DNA of 64,000 bases, from positions 165,509-229,508 of IMG/VR virus record IMGVR_UViG_3300045594_000116; one strand, 5' to 3'. Positions 10,146 to 18,189 of this stretch are shown one piece after another (position 1 is the stretch's first letter; each line of letters starts with the position of its first letter). A program made the position numbers and the translations under genes. The stretch comes from a virus. Its lineage: Duplodnaviria > Caudoviricetes. The notes beneath the pieces were generated by a model. That model had not been told where the DNA came from and did not search any database. It was given only the letters and a program-made list of their open reading frames with translations.

Positions 10146-10269
10146 AAGTATTCCCTCCTAATCGGCTTGTTTCGGCTTTATCTAGATGTATCAGCATCGA
10201 TATTTTTCTAGTTGTCGCGAAAAAAGAAAGGATGGTCTAGATCCTTTCTTTTCCAAGCCAACTGGTTGA

Positions 10270-10662
10270 TTAGCGCATTAGGTCAACTACTTTGTTGCAG
10301 ATGATTCTGAATGCCTTAAGTTTTTCCTCACTATCAAGCACCATCCTACCAAGAGAATCATCCAGAGTGCGCTCACCCTTACCGGATGAATATCGTACAT
10401 CTAGAGTAGTGTCTACGGCATACTTCCCTTCAGACCCATCGCATATTGACTCTGATGATATCTGAATAGATCCTTTTTCAATAAACATAAGATCATACGG
10501 CCCAGGTGGTTTCGCTAATACCATCCGATGGTATGTATCTATCTTACAAGATTTGAATGCCATCTTCAGAATTGGCTTTCCATTATTGAAGTAAGCAAAC
10601 TTTCCCCAAAATAAGCCATCAGTAACCTTAATGCCAGTGATACTTAATCTTTCTTTCATCAT
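10270..10662 (-). CDS. Hypothetical protein
   Basis: 130 aa, RBS CAGGTGA, terminator downstream. Confidence 0.7.
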   Translation of the reverse strand: MMKERLSITGIKVTDGLFWGKFAYFNNGKPILKMAFKSCKIDTYHRMVLAKPPGPYDLMFIEKGSIQISSESICDGSEGKYAVDTTLDVRYSSGKGERTLDDSLGRMVLDSEEKLKAFRIICNKVVDLMR

Positions 10663-10766
10663 GATATCACCTGCTGATCATTTGGATAGTGCTCTATCGT
10701 AGTTATGCTGCGCACCTTCCGGCAAATACGCTTAAATGGTAAGGCTCTACCCATTAACAATTTCAT
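10659..10766 (-). CDS. Small protein, 35 aa (MKLLMGRALPFKRICRKVRSITTIEHYPNDQQVIS); not in the ORF track
   Basis: RBS AAGGAGG, early promoter at 10811-10820, ATGA overlap with the next gene. Confidence 0.55.
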   Translation of the reverse strand: MKLLMGRALPFKRICRKVRSITTIEHYPNDQQVIS

Positions 10767-10810
10767 TTACAAAATTCCTCCTTTAAAATACAATAAACAT
10801 TCACCATTCC

Positions 10811-10820
10811 TATAATATAT
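10811..10820 (-). promoter_or_regulatory. Putative early promoter ATATATTATA (representative copy)
   Basis: The same motif or close variants occur at about 7432, 14708, 20584, 33184, 35572, 38201, 42915, 46419, 46561, 48910, 51004, 51353, 51840, 54353, 57032, 60608 and 62542, intergenic and upstream of minus-strand genes. Confidence 0.8.
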
Positions 10821-10879
10821 AATTGATATTTCGATTAGACAAAACGGAGCCCAGAAGGATTAACCTTCTGGGAATATCA

Positions 10880-11227
10880 TTATTGTCTATTGTAGCCTTC
10901 TACATTACGTTTGGTTCTATCTGCTGTTCTAGCATCAAGAAATTTAATAGCGTTGTTAATAGAATTGAGAGCATCGCTATTATATGTACAAGCAAAGGGA
11001 CTTTTCTGGAAATTCTCTAAGCGATATTTAACAATCTCTAAGAGATCCCTTTCAGATAACCCATTCTCTCCAACTTCTTTGATCGGACCCTGCTGAAAGT
11101 CTACATTGCCGATAGTCTGGTTCTCAGAACCCTTTACAACAAAGTGATGGTAGTTATTATATGCTTTACTATCTTCATGCACAATGGTATGATTTCCGAC
11201 GTTGTAATTCATTTTAATCTGTTCCAT
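10880..11227 (-). CDS. tad1: Tad1-family anti-Thoeris/anti-CBASS nucleotide sponge protein
   Basis: YHHFVV...FQQGPIKEVGENGLSERDLLEIVKYRLENFQKSPFAC..N..AL..I..A...L..RT.DR..RNVEG matches the Tad1 signature (FQKG...G....[27 protein letters not shown]...R..DR..RNVLG). Confidence 0.85.
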   Translation of the reverse strand: MEQIKMNYNVGNHTIVHEDSKAYNNYHHFVVKGSENQTIGNVDFQQGPIKEVGENGLSERDLLEIVKYRLENFQKSPFACTYNSDALNSINNAIKFLDARTADRTKRNVEGYNRQ

Positions 11228-11251
11228 TTTGTTATTTCTCCTTTAATAGAT

Positions 11252-11773
11252 TTAGGGTTTCATAGTCCCTTTAACCTGTCTTGCTTCTCTATCTTTATTG
11301 CGCTTCTCTATTGATTTCAAAGCACCCTTGATATAGATCATCGCTTCATCCGTTTCTTTACAACGAAGATTAGTCTTCTGGAATGCTTGCATCCTCAAAA
11401 GCACAGCAGACAACAGTTCTTCATTGGTTACCCCATTAACCTTATCAGATCCATGCTGAAAATTTATAGTCTGGATAACCTCTCCAGACTTTGCATCACA
11501 GATAACGAACTGACCGTCTTTGTCAGTCTTTATAACAGCCGTTACATCATCAGAATGAATAGATCTAAGCTCATCTATCATATCATTCTTCAGCTCTTTG
11601 ATTTCAGCTTCGATGTCTGTATAGGATATAAGCTTCTTGCAATCATCACAGATTGTAAGAAGAAAATCATGATTCATATTGTCTTTATCGGTTACTGTGA
11701 ACAAGATATCAAACGTATGCTTGTGTTTACATCTGTTGCTGTGTCTAAGCATAGCTATAATCTTATCTATCAT
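11252..11773 (-). CDS. Second Tad1-family paralog with N-terminal Cys/His (Zn-ribbon-like) extension
   Basis: C-terminal INFQHG...VNGVTNEELLSAVLLRMQAFQ....CKET..A...I..A...I..R..DR..RQVKGT. N-terminal CKHKH...CDDC. Confidence 0.8.
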   Translation of the reverse strand: MIDKIIAMLRHSNRCKHKHTFDILFTVTDKDNMNHDFLLTICDDCKKLISYTDIEAEIKELKNDMIDELRSIHSDDVTAVIKTDKDGQFVICDAKSGEVIQTINFQHGSDKVNGVTNEELLSAVLLRMQAFQKTNLRCKETDEAMIYIKGALKSIEKRNKDREARQVKGTMKP

Positions 11774-11832
11774 TTAGAGTCATCTCCTTTAAATTCTCTC
11801 ATTCCTTATTTAAAGTGTTTTTTCTTCTGCCA

Positions 11833-11844
11833 AACACCTAAATA
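11833..11844 (+). promoter_or_regulatory. Putative late promoter AACA-N6-TA
   Basis: AACA CCTAAA TA upstream of the 11871 ORF. Confidence 0.65.
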
Positions 11845-11870
11845 AATTACTATAGGGAGGTTAAGCAATA

Positions 11871-12827
11871 ATGAAAAAGAAAGAAGTTATGCATCTCGTT
11901 CCTGAAAAAAATGAGAAGCGCGAAGATAGTGGATTTGGATTTAATGCATCTTCATTGGTTGGAGATGGAGACGCTCTTCCTGCATTAGAAACCAATGAGC
12001 CGGCTAAAAAGAAAAGAGGCCGTCCACGTAAAGAAGATAATGGCGATGGATTTACGGTAGCTAAAAAAGCTGATCCGAATCCTATCAATTCTGATATGCC
12101 TTACGATCAAACGTATAAACAGAATATGATGATGATGTCTGGTACAGTTGCTCAGATCGATGGTCTGAGTTCACAACTTATGCAGGATCTTGGAGCGGTG
12201 CGTAACCTACGTAATAGCTTTAAGAAGTATGAGTATATGGGAACAATCGCAGGAGCGGTTACTAGTCTTATCGGTAATAAGATCAGCGCTGTACGAGAGA
12301 TGAACAGCGTTATCACAAAGTGTCATGACCTTGAGCTTAAGCGTGCTAAGGAGCTTAAAGCCGGAGTGGATGACGGTGATGATGATAAGAGACTCATGGA
12401 TCTCTACTCTGCATTTATCAACAATCCGATGGGTAACCCTGGAGCAAGCATGCCATATGCTAATGTATCTCAGGCTGACCTTATGTCTGTTGGTGCTAGA
12501 GCAAATACCACGAATCTGTTCTCACAGAATGAAGATCCGGGATTTACCCATTATGAACAGAACCTTACTCCTCAGCAGAACGCAATGCTGAATGAGGGCA
12601 ATCCAAACATTGAAACTGTTCTTGTATATGATCAGAGCACACAGGATAAGTATTTTGAGGTAATCGATAAGAGTACCGGAATGCCTATTCCTAATATGCC
12701 TACACCTGGAGAGTTTATCCTTGAAGGATGCGTGCCAGATGTAGTACGTGGCATTGCACGTAACTCAGACTTCAATCAGAACTTCCCATTGAAGCTAGTT
12801 GGACAACGAGCAGCAAACGAGTATTAA
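11871..12827 (+). CDS. Late hypothetical protein with AT-hook-like motif and central coiled coil
   Basis: KKKRGRPRK motif, RBS GGGAGG, late promoter. Confidence 0.8.
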   Translation: MKKKEVMHLVPEKNEKREDSGFGFNASSLVGDGDALPALETNEPAKKKRGRPRKEDNGDGFTVAKKADPNPINSDMPYDQTYKQNMMMMSGTVAQIDGLSSQLMQDLGAVRNLRNSFKKYEYMGTIAGAVTSLIGNKISAVREMNSVITKCHDLELKRAKELKAGVDDGDDDKRLMDLYSAFINNPMGNPGASMPYANVSQADLMSVGARANTTNLFSQNEDPGFTHYEQNLTPQQNAMLNEGNPNIETVLVYDQSTQDKYFEVIDKSTGMPIPNMPTPGEFILEGCVPDVVRGIARNSDFNQNFPLKLVGQRAANEY

Positions 12828-12837
12828 AGCAATATAA

Positions 12838-12860
12838 AGAGAGGTCATTACGACCTCTCT
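12838..12860 (+). terminator. Intrinsic terminator
   Basis: AGAGAGGTC-ATTAC-GACCTCTCT followed by a T tract. Confidence 0.8.
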
Positions 12861-12906
12861 ATTGTTTTTTTTTGACAAATTAGTAATTATAAAGGAGGAT
12901 TTTATC

Positions 12907-13452
12907 ATGTTAGAAACATATTTTTCTGGTGATAGCAATTATGCTGTATTAACCATACCAAGTTTTGTTGCAAAAGTATACTTAGAATATAAAGTCGCAG
13001 ACTTAAATTTCAGAGATCCTATAGACGATCAGCTTGTTTTATATTCAGATAATGGAGATAATGCTAGATATCTTTTCTATAATTGCTATGGTGGTTGGGA
13101 CGCACGCACAATGTACTATAATGGATCTGAAAGTCAGGTAACTAGAAGAGGAGCAACCTGGCCTGGAGATGGGATCATAGGGATGGCGATAGATTACACT
13201 AATAAGTATGTGAACTTCTATTATGACAATACATTATTTGGTAGTGTCACACTACCTAATACCACATTTAGAAAAGTATTCATTGAAAGTAGCTGTGAAG
13301 GCAGATTACACCACGAACTTACGGTAGAACAAAGACTCAGCAAAGAATCGATTACCTATCCAAAAGACGGATTCCCATGTTATCTTGATGCACTCAATGT
13401 GTATTCAGCTTTGCACGATATCCCTACAGATACGATTAGATGGTATATGTGA
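12907..13452 (+). CDS. SPRY/B30.2-like beta-sandwich protein (probable virion accessory)
   Basis: KVYLEY and W..DGIIGMAIDYTNKYVNFYYDN are SPRY-like. Late promoter GACA AATTAG TA at 12874 and RBS AAGGAGG. Confidence 0.65.
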   Translation: MLETYFSGDSNYAVLTIPSFVAKVYLEYKVADLNFRDPIDDQLVLYSDNGDNARYLFYNCYGGWDARTMYYNGSESQVTRRGATWPGDGIIGMAIDYTNKYVNFYYDNTLFGSVTLPNTTFRKVFIESSCEGRLHHELTVEQRLSKESITYPKDGFPCYLDALNVYSALHDIPTDTIRWYM

Positions 13453-13463
13453 CGCACAGTAAA

Positions 13464-13488
13464 GGAGAGAGCCAATGCGGCTCTCTCC
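13464..13488. terminator. Terminator between the convergent SPRY gene and the DIP1984/ncRNA unit
   Basis: GGAGAGAGCC-AATGC-GGCTCTCTCC. Confidence 0.8.
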
Positions 13489-13611
13489 GATATTGTGTTA
13501 CGACAGAAATAAACCGTTTACAACGGCATTCATAAATATTTATGCTGGTATGACTGCTTAGGGAAGAAACCCATGCTTGACTCACTGGCAAAAACCTTGA
13601 TCTAAGATTTT

Positions 13612-13736
13612 ATAATTGGATTGTGATGATTAACTTTTAAGATCTTAAGTCTACTGGATTAACAAAAAGTTTAACGGCTTAATAGCTTAATGATAATTGA
13701 TTAAATCTTAATGATTATCTCTTCATCTTAATTTTA
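13612..13736 (-). repeat. Degenerate 7-8-nt periodic repeat tract (TAAGAT/TAATCA/TAAGC units)
   Basis: Minus strand TAAAAT TAAGATG AAGAGA TAATCAT TAAGATT TAATCAA TTATCAT TAAGCTAT TAAGCCGT TAAACT..TAATCCAG TAGACT TAAGATCT TAAAAGT TAATCAT. Confidence 0.65.
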
Positions 13737-13812
13737 ATCAGAACTGGGGCTTGAACCCAGAGAGTAACATAGAGTATCTATGCCATGCGTTTACCAATTT
13801 CGCCATTCTGCT
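13737..13812 (-). tRNA. tRNA-like element (Leu/Ser-type D arm, non-canonical extended anticodon arm, no encoded CCA)
   Basis: AGCAGAA TG GCGAAATTGGTAAACGC A TGGCATAGATACTCTATGTTA CTCT CTGGG TTCAAGC CCCAG TTCTGAT. Acceptor stem 6/7 pairs, perfect T arm. Confidence 0.7.
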
Positions 13813-13993
13813 TAAATAAAGTATGTAGATTTTTGGATCATCTACAATGCTATCTTTGTTTGATAGTTTGCTTTTTGTTTTTGATTCAACTGATCAAAAG
13901 TTAAGCGATAGCTTTTGTTTTGTACGGTAAAAGCTATCGAAAGACCGCTGAGCCTTTTCTTGGATTTTTACATCATATCAGCAATGATACTTA

Positions 13994-14662
13994 TCAATAT
14001 TCGATTTCAATCTCCGTGATCTCAGTCATATGACCAAGAGCAGCGTCGATGTTCACCAGATAGGCATCGATTGCCTCTGCGGCATTTTTCATCTTCTTAG
14101 TGATCTCAGCCGGATCAAGAAGATCTACCTTGTACTGTGCATTCAGCTCAGCCTCACGATTAGCGCGCTGAGTCGACGATGCATTCGTAGTATTGCCGAA
14201 TTCGTTGTTAACACGCTCGACAATGTAACGATCAGTTTCTTTGACACGCTTGGTATACATCTTGGATACCGAGCTAACGCCATTGGTGATAGTACGCATG
14301 ATGCTCGTAAGTTCATTCTTGTAGTAGTTCTTACGAGCGATAGCAGCAGCGAATGAAAGCGATTCTTTCTCATCCCCATTGATGTCGTCGAATGACTTGA
14401 ACTTCGGTACTTCGATGTACGTCTTTGCATTTGCATTGAGAATAGCATTTGCAATGGCTTCACGACGAACGATCTTATCGTTCAGGGACTGCCAACGAGC
14501 TTTAGCGTCAGCTTCCCAGTCTTCAACAGAGAGACCATTGATGATCTTCTCGGTATTGTCTTTTGTTGTGGTAAATGCTTTCATAGAAGCAGAATCAATC
14601 TGCTTATCGAGCATCTTCTTCTGCGCGAGCGCAGCTCTGAGTGTCATGGTTTCTTTTACCAT
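13994..14662 (-). CDS. DIP1984/DUF6847-like coiled-coil protein
   Basis: Duplicated MTLRAALAQKK / LSFAAAIARK motif and ANAILNANAKTYIEV / DAALGHMTEITEIEI ends, typical of the family. RBS GGAGG and high-expression codon usage. Confidence 0.7.
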   Translation of the reverse strand: MVKETMTLRAALAQKKMLDKQIDSASMKAFTTTKDNTEKIINGLSVEDWEADAKARWQSLNDKIVRREAIANAILNANAKTYIEVPKFKSFDDINGDEKESLSFAAAIARKNYYKNELTSIMRTITNGVSSVSKMYTKRVKETDRYIVERVNNEFGNTTNASSTQRANREAELNAQYKVDLLDPAEITKKMKNAAEAIDAYLVNIDAALGHMTEITEIEIEY

Positions 14663-14830
14663 TTTACATTCCTCCAATTTAACAATTAATAGCTTAACCT
14701 TTGCTACTATAGTGTATATGCTGTAATAAATTTAAATTATTACTTTTTTCGTTATCATAATCAGATACCCGCCGGATTCGACATTAAATTAAAGCCAAAA
14801 TATTATATGTTGAAAGGTTGTGTTTTTACT

Positions 14831-15484
14831 ATGAGTGCACCAAATTCAAACGGGGTATTACGTACTAATCTGAAAGATATGAAAATCGGGGATTATATCA
14901 AGTGGCAATATAATGGCGGGTCTGATACTGCTATTGGAACTTTAAAGGCTGATGATGGAACAGAAAACGAATTGCCATCTATGCCATCTACTCCTTTAGC
15001 TACCGGAATTACAGGGTATTTCTACTTCATAAAGTGGAAGCAGGGATTACTAGTAGCGGATAGAGGCATTCATGCCAATATATCGGCCCAGATGCTTAAT
15101 AAAGTTGGCTATTTTAAAGGCAGTCAGTATTTTTGCCCATCTTTCGCCCAGTTCCAAGCATTCTGCGCCGATGATTTTAACGGCAATTTCAAATTTAGCA
15201 ATGCTAATTTTCCAATAGTGGCCGAATCCCTTACGCGTCCTGGTGTTAATATGGGCGAGGGTGGAGATCTTAAAGGAAGGCCCATTACCCAAGATTTAAA
15301 AATCGTTAGAGAGATAGGATATGCTCACATGACTGGTTATTACTTTGATACTACTGATCACATAGAATTTGCACAAAGGCAGAAAGATACTATTGTAGCT
15401 GGCTGCCATGTATATCTTCCGACATATTTCTTGCCTTGCATGGAATATGTGGACAATTCGAAATCAACAAATATCTATTATTAA
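14831..15484 (+). CDS. Single-domain paralog of the tandem lectin-like protein (virion-associated)
   Basis: MKIGDYI...GYFYFIK...GLLVADRGIHANIS shares the repeat unit of the next gene. Late promoter GACA TTAAAT TA at 14780. Confidence 0.75.
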   Translation: MSAPNSNGVLRTNLKDMKIGDYIKWQYNGGSDTAIGTLKADDGTENELPSMPSTPLATGITGYFYFIKWKQGLLVADRGIHANISAQMLNKVGYFKGSQYFCPSFAQFQAFCADDFNGNFKFSNANFPIVAESLTRPGVNMGEGGDLKGRPITQDLKIVREIGYAHMTGYYFDTTDHIEFAQRQKDTIVAGCHVYLPTYFLPCMEYVDNSKSTNIYY

Positions 15485-15493
15485 GGAAATTAG

Positions 15494-17542
15494 GTGATTA
15501 ACTTGGCTGATATAACTTCACTAACTAAAGTGACAGACCCATACAATATCCAACCTGGCCAATACATTACCTGCGATTATACAACTACAGCAGCTAATGC
15601 CTTAGGTACTTTTAGTAACCTTGGCAAAGCTACTAAAGATCTTTTAGCAACTCCTCTTACAGGAGCAGGTGAGGGATCTTTTAACTTTATCTGTATCGGA
15701 TGGGACTATGCGGGTAGACCTTATCTTATCGCTGATAGAGTTATTCAGACTAGCTTTAGCTTATCAAGCAATTCAGCTTTGAACACTACCTCTGGTACTA
15801 CGGCTACGATCGATAGTTCAGTATCAGTCAACTTGCGTGTACTCAATAGAGACACATGGGATAAGGCAGTTGTAAAAGGCGGAGTGACTGGTATAGCTGC
15901 TGGTGATGCATTATGGAATTTCTCTATCCCATCATGGACATTTGAACTTCCATCGGATAGCACTGATGGAACAGCAAACTATATCCTTGGTGGTGCAGCT
16001 GTTGATACGATTGCTACAAAAGCGATTAACACAACAGATGCAACGGTAGGATACCGTCCTGTAATGACCATCAATTCAAAGCCAGCATATCGCGGTAATC
16101 CTGGTCTTGCTGCAGGCATTACGCTTGTGACAGATCCAGCCAAATTAGTTCCTGGTACGGCTATCTCATGCGAGTATACTGTAACTACTAAGGGAGCTAT
16201 CGGAACATATGCAAATCTTGGTAAAGCTACCAAAGATCCTTTACCAGATTACCCAGTAGATCTCCCAGATGGAACATTCTACTGGATCTGCGTTGGTTAT
16301 ACTCCAGCCGGATATCCGAAGTGCTTTGCCGATAGAAACATTCAGGCAAACATTTCATGGTCGACTTTGGCCACTGCAGCGCTTACCACTACCTCTGGTA
16401 CTGAAACTACAGTTAGCGGCCACAAATGCAATTTACGCATTCCTAATTCCATCCCAAATAGGCATATTAGCTTGCCAGATTCCAAGTATGGAGAGTGGGA
16501 TGCAATCTTTACTACTTATAATGCAATGGGTATTAAAGCAAGTAATGACGTATGGAATACTAAATTCTCGCAGTCCTTTACGACAGCTATTCTCTCTGAC
16601 GTAGATGATGCCGGCAATCTTGCAGATGGTACTTATATCATCGCTAGAGGTTGTCAGGATGGAACTGATGGAGTATATCAGGATAAAGAGGATGCACAGG
16701 CTAAGTATACTCAGTCTCAGACACTCTCTAATGTAGGTTTCCGTCCTGTATTTATCTATACAGAGATCGATGCTAACTCAAGAGGTAAAGTAGGAACTAC
16801 ACTTCCATCTTTCGACTTTAAACCAGGAACGTATGTACAACCTGGTGAGGTTATTCCTTGTACCTATACGGTTACAACTAAAGGAACTCTTGGCAAGTTT
16901 ACCGAATTTGGTGGAAAGTCTGACAAAGATTGGATCTTGGCAGAGGGTGAAGATCTTCCGGACGGTCGCTTTAACTTTATCTGTGTAGGTTATACCCCTG
17001 ATGGTTGTGCTAAGTTAGTAGCTGATAGAAACATTCAGACGAATATTTCTTGGACTGCTCTTAACAATGCTGGGCTTTGTCTCACTACCGGTAGTGATGT
17101 TCCTGTAGATGGAACTAACTGGAAGATGAGATTGTTCAACACTACCACTACCAGATTCGTATCTGAAACTGATTATGGTGAATGGGATGCTATCATTAGT
17201 CTTATGACTAGAGCTGGTATTACTAAGCCATCAGATCCAGAGATATGGAACTGTGGTAATAACCGTAGTTGGACGCTTGCTACCATTGCTACTATCGATG
17301 ATGCTGGTACTCTTGGAACACAGGATAACTGTATTACTAGAGGCGTGCAGGATACTGCATTCAATATCAAGGACGCAAGCTTTACGAAGCAGGCTTTCCA
17401 AAGCGCTGCATATGCTTCTAAGACTATCGGCTTTAGACCAGTAATGTGGTTCAAACAGAAACCTGTATCAAGCACTAACCCTTATCGTGCATTCGTACGT
17501 ATTGAGGATGATGCTTTGTTCGCAAATCAGAATTTCTTCTAA
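15494..17542 (+). CDS. Protein with three tandem ~200-aa domains ending G(F/Y)RPV (C-type-lectin-like fold); probable tail/receptor-binding protein
   Basis: Three repeats of PG..I.C.Y...G...NLG...G.F..ICVG...ADR.IQ...S...W...GFRPV. Thr/Gly rich. Confidence 0.75.
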   Translation: MINLADITSLTKVTDPYNIQPGQYITCDYTTTAANALGTFSNLGKATKDLLATPLTGAGEGSFNFICIGWDYAGRPYLIADRVIQTSFSLSSNSALNTTSGTTATIDSSVSVNLRVLNRDTWDKAVVKGGVTGIAAGDALWNFSIPSWTFELPSDSTDGTANYILGGAAVDTIATKAINTTDATVGYRPVMTINSKPAYRGNPGLAAGITLVTDPAKLVPGTAISCEYTVTTKGAIGTYANLGKATKDPLPDYPVDLPDGTFYWICVGYTPAGYPKCFADRNIQANISWSTLATAALTTTSGTETTVSGHKCNLRIPNSIPNRHISLPDSKYGEWDAIFTTYNAMGIKASNDVWNTKFSQSFTTAILSDVDDAGNLADGTYIIARGCQDGTDGVYQDKEDAQAKYTQSQTLSNVGFRPVFIYTEIDANSRGKVGTTLPSFDFKPGTYVQPGEVIPCTYTVTTKGTLGKFTEFGGKSDKDWILAEGEDLPDGRFNFICVGYTPDGCAKLVADRNIQTNISWTALNNAGLCLTTGSDVPVDGTNWKMRLFNTTTTRFVSETDYGEWDAIISLMTRAGITKPSDPEIWNCGNNRSWTLATIATIDDAGTLGTQDNCITRGVQDTAFNIKDASFTKQAFQSAAYASKTIGFRPVMWFKQKPVSSTNPYRAFVRIEDDALFANQNFF

Positions 17543-17553
17543 AGCAAAATAAA

Positions 17554-17580
17554 TCCCTCTACTCACTGCGAGTAGAGGGA
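17554..17580. terminator. Bidirectional terminator
   Basis: TCCCTCTACTC-ACTGC-GAGTAGAGGGA between convergent genes. Confidence 0.85.
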
Positions 17581-17591
17581 TATTTTGTGCC

Positions 17592-18177
17592 TTATTTATA
17601 GCCATACGCGAATTCATTCTTATCCTTCATGGCATCGTAATAAAGAATATTAAGATGATTACTAAGAGTGAACACCCCAGGAACTGGATAAGTGATTGGA
17701 TTGCTTGGAGAACCATCTTGGAACCAAGCTTGGCCATGTGGATCTGAATAGAAATTTTGCATAATGCATCTAATATCTTTTCCATTCAAATATGATATGT
17801 CGCAATCCTTACCAATAAGAGTGCCATTCCGATATGTAGATGCACGATTCGTTGTAAAATCAAATACAATAGTGCACCAACTAGTATCTTGCGTTCTTCC
17901 AAGGCTTATACCATCTATAGCACTATCTGGTCCATACGAACCAGATATATACGAATGGCAATAAGCCGCATTATGTGCGTATGCCGTATATCCCTCAGCA
18001 TTATACGTTCCAGGAAGGTTATTAGCATCCTCGAATAGTATATCCATACAATTATGGCCAGAGGCACATCCTAAGCCCTACCTGCCAAATTCCTGTTCCA
18101 GGAATGGTATTATCAGAAAGGATTATTCCTCCTCCCATACTTACATAACTAGCTCCATTGAATAATATTTGCTTCAT
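17592..18177 (-). pseudogene. SPRY-like paralog with an apparent 1-nt frameshift near 18055-18080
   Basis: ATG 18177 with RBS AGGAGAG gives MKQILF...GIWQVG then stops. The body (GLGCASGHNC-MDILFE...) is in another frame; the offset of 130 nt is not divisible by 3. Confidence 0.6.
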
Positions 18178-18189
18178 GTATATCTCTCC

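Larger units (their letters stand above)
13543..13983 (-). ncRNA. Putative ~440-nt structured ncRNA downstream of the DIP1984-like gene
   Basis: No ORF in the track. The 5' end TGCTGATATGA pairs with the 3' end TCATACCAGCA. Internal hairpins at 13906-13939, about 13878-13899, 13850-13866 and 13824-13846, plus a tRNA-like module and a periodic TAA tract. Confidence 0.7.

Noticed and set aside
13612-13736. Repeat tract as a CRISPR or mini-CRISPR array
   Set aside because: Units are 7-8 nt and degenerate, with no 25-40-nt repeats or spacers and no cas genes.
13737-13812. Functional tRNA-Leu or tRNA-Val
   Set aside because: The anticodon arm is 21 nt with no canonical 7-nt U-turn loop, there is an acceptor mismatch and no CCA. 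It is reported as tRNA-like instead.
14831-17542. Diversity-generating retroelement
   Set aside because: No reverse transcriptase and no TR/VR nucleotide pair is visible in the window.
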